A DNA stretch of 42,447 nucleotides from Candidatus Nomurabacteria bacterium GW2011_GWA2_40_9 (lineage in GTDB: Bacteria; Patescibacteriota; Minisyncoccia; Phycocordibacterales; UBA9973), in the NCBI GenBank assembly GCA_000993955.1, contig LBZW01000001.1, positions 1 through 42,447 of the forward strand, written 5' to 3'. The notes below the pieces were generated by a model. The model was not told where the DNA came from, ran no database searches, and saw only the letters and a list, made by a program, of their open reading frames with translations. The stretch's first letter is position 1. Every line of letters starts with the position of its first letter. Position numbers and translations under genes: made by a program. Shown piece by piece: positions 41,243 through 42,447 of the stretch.

Positions 41243-42064
41243 ATGAGAAAAATCACGACAAAAGGAATACAAATAGCAGTTTTGCAAAAAGATAATGAAG
41301 ATTATATTTCATTGACAGATATGGCAAAATTTAAAGATGCTGAAGCCACTGGCATTGTTATTGCACATTGGTTATCTACAAAGTACACCATACAATTTAT
41401 GGGTTCCTGGGAGCAGATGTATAATTCTAATTTTAATGTTACTGAATTCGGTAACATTAGAAATGAAGCTGGTTCTAATGGTTTTATTCTCTCTTCTTCT
41501 AAATGGATACATAAAACTAATGCGATTGGTATAAAATCTACAACTGGTAGATATGGCGGAACTTTTGCTCACAAAGATATTGCTTTTGAATTTGCAACAT
41601 GGATTTCTCCAGAATTTAAACTCTACTTAATTAAAGAATTTCAAAGACTTAAAATTGAGGAAAACGATAGACTCGTTCTTGGCTGGGACGCAAAAAGAGC
41701 TCTTACTAAAATAAACTACAAAATACACACAGACTCTATAAAAGAAAATATTGTATTACCACAAAAGTTATCTATTAAAGAAGCTACTGTTGTGTATGCA
41801 AACGAAGCTGATGTTTTGAACATTGCTCTTTTTGGTATAACTACACAGAATTGGAAGACTAAAAATAAAAACAAAGAAGGTAATATGAGAGATTATTCTG
41901 ACGTGTATCAGCTTATTTGTCTTGCCAATCTTGAAACTTTAAATTCTGAATTTATAAAAATGGGCATGAGTCAGAAAGATAGACTGCTAAAATTAAACGG
42001 AATTGCAATTAGTCAAATGAAATCACTTTTAGTAAATAACACAGTCAAGAAACTTTTGAAATAA
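41243..42064 (+). CDS. KilA-N domain-containing DNA-binding protein
   Basis: ..EDYISLTDMAKFK.., IAHWLSTKYTIQFMGSWEQMYN, GRYGGTFAHKDIAFEFATWISPEFKLYLIKEFQRLK, INYKIHTDSIKE, VYANEADVLNIALFG: the widespread KilA-N family pattern. Confidence 0.85.
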   Translation: MRKITTKGIQIAVLQKDNEDYISLTDMAKFKDAEATGIVIAHWLSTKYTIQFMGSWEQMYNSNFNVTEFGNIRNEAGSNGFILSSSKWIHKTNAIGIKSTTGRYGGTFAHKDIAFEFATWISPEFKLYLIKEFQRLKIEENDRLVLGWDAKRALTKINYKIHTDSIKENIVLPQKLSIKEATVVYANEADVLNIALFGITTQNWKTKNKNKEGNMRDYSDVYQLICLANLETLNSEFIKMGMSQKDRLLKLNGIAISQMKSLLVNNTVKKLLK

Positions 42065-42094
42065 ATTATCCGGAATAAATTATCTTGCAAAGCT

Positions 42095-42110
42095 TAAAGA
42101 TAAGTTATAA
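42095..42110 (+). promoter_or_regulatory. Shared 16-nt promoter-like motif TAAAGATAAGTTATAA (copy 2)
   Basis: Identical to 41217-41232. Its 3' end forms most of the TATAAT box (42106-42111), which lies 8 nt before ATG 42120. Confidence 0.5.
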
Positions 42111-42119
42111 TATATAGAT

Positions 42120-42344
42120 ATGAAAATAAGCTACGACAAAGAAGCAGATGCATTGAATATAGTCTTAAAAACAGGACAGGTAGACAAAACTGTAGAAATT
42201 TCATCTGAGATTTTTTTAGATTTAGATAAAAAAGGCAATCCACTTTACCTTGAAATCATAGGTGCAAGTGAAAAGACTGGCAAAAAAGATTTTGGCAAAA
42301 TTACAATAGGAAAGAAACTTATTAGCTTACCAGCGTTTGCATAA
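42120..42344 (+). CDS. DUF2283 domain protein
   Basis: MKISYDKEADALNIVLK...VEISSEIFLDLDKKGNPLYLEIIGASEK matches the DUF2283 pattern. Confidence 0.8.
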   Translation: MKISYDKEADALNIVLKTGQVDKTVEISSEIFLDLDKKGNPLYLEIIGASEKTGKKDFGKITIGKKLISLPAFA

Positions 42345-42362
42345 AATATTTGTTTATAATTC

Positions 42363-42447
42363 ATGAATTTAGAAATCAAAGGAGGTACCAATAGTAAAGA
42401 GAAAGTGCCAATTTCTCAGTATAATGGAGAAAAAACTAAACAATTCT
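42363..42447 (+). CDS. Partial ORF running off the right edge, unknown function
   Basis: ATG at 42363, MNLEIKGGTNSKEKVPISQYNGEKTKQF.., open to the window end. Confidence 0.3.
   Translation, partial: MNLEIKGGTNSKEKVPISQYNGEKTKQF

Overview
AT-rich bacterial chromosomal segment. Its gene content and style suggest a reduced-genome Candidate Phyla Radiation (Patescibacteria/Parcubacteria-like) organism; that placement is inference from small, degenerate housekeeping proteins, TM-anchored PaaX-like proteins, an RRM protein and MYG1. Most of the window is core genes. These include a dcw block (mraZ-rsmH-ftsL-like-ftsI-murF), rmuC, obg, gatB, class II aldolase, L25, L31 and prfA. There is also a complete F1Fo ATP synthase operon (atpI-like, B, E, F, H, A, G, D, C), followed by rsmI, priA, mreB, holB-like, frr, rseP, cysS and perM, plus two tRNAs (Glu-CUC, Ile-GAU). 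Accessory material sits at the edges and in small islands: (1) a truncated IS66-like transposase next to a RAYT/IS200-like Y1 transposase cassette (1-1330); (2) a PaaX/Cas2-fold gene bracketed by a 42-bp hairpin repeat (7649-8328); (3) a tight three-gene operon with a retropepsin-like protease (19929-21156); (4) a graveyard of HicB / IS30 / nucleotidyltransferase remnants (37970-38620); (5) KilA-N and DUF2283 genes at the right end. The most unusual signal is not a gene. At least six sequence families of short GC-rich perfect palindromes, many of them palindromes of palindromes, are dispersed through the window. Most sit in frame inside essential genes (rsmH, murF, gatB, an FAD oxidase, atpB, atpG, atpD, atpC, priA). 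Each family is read in the same frame wherever it occurs, so unrelated proteins share short peptides. This resembles Rickettsia palindromic elements, and a candidate REP-type transposase lies in the same window. Many genes also have a TATAAT box 6-8 nt upstream of the ATG with no Shine-Dalgarno, suggesting leaderless transcripts.
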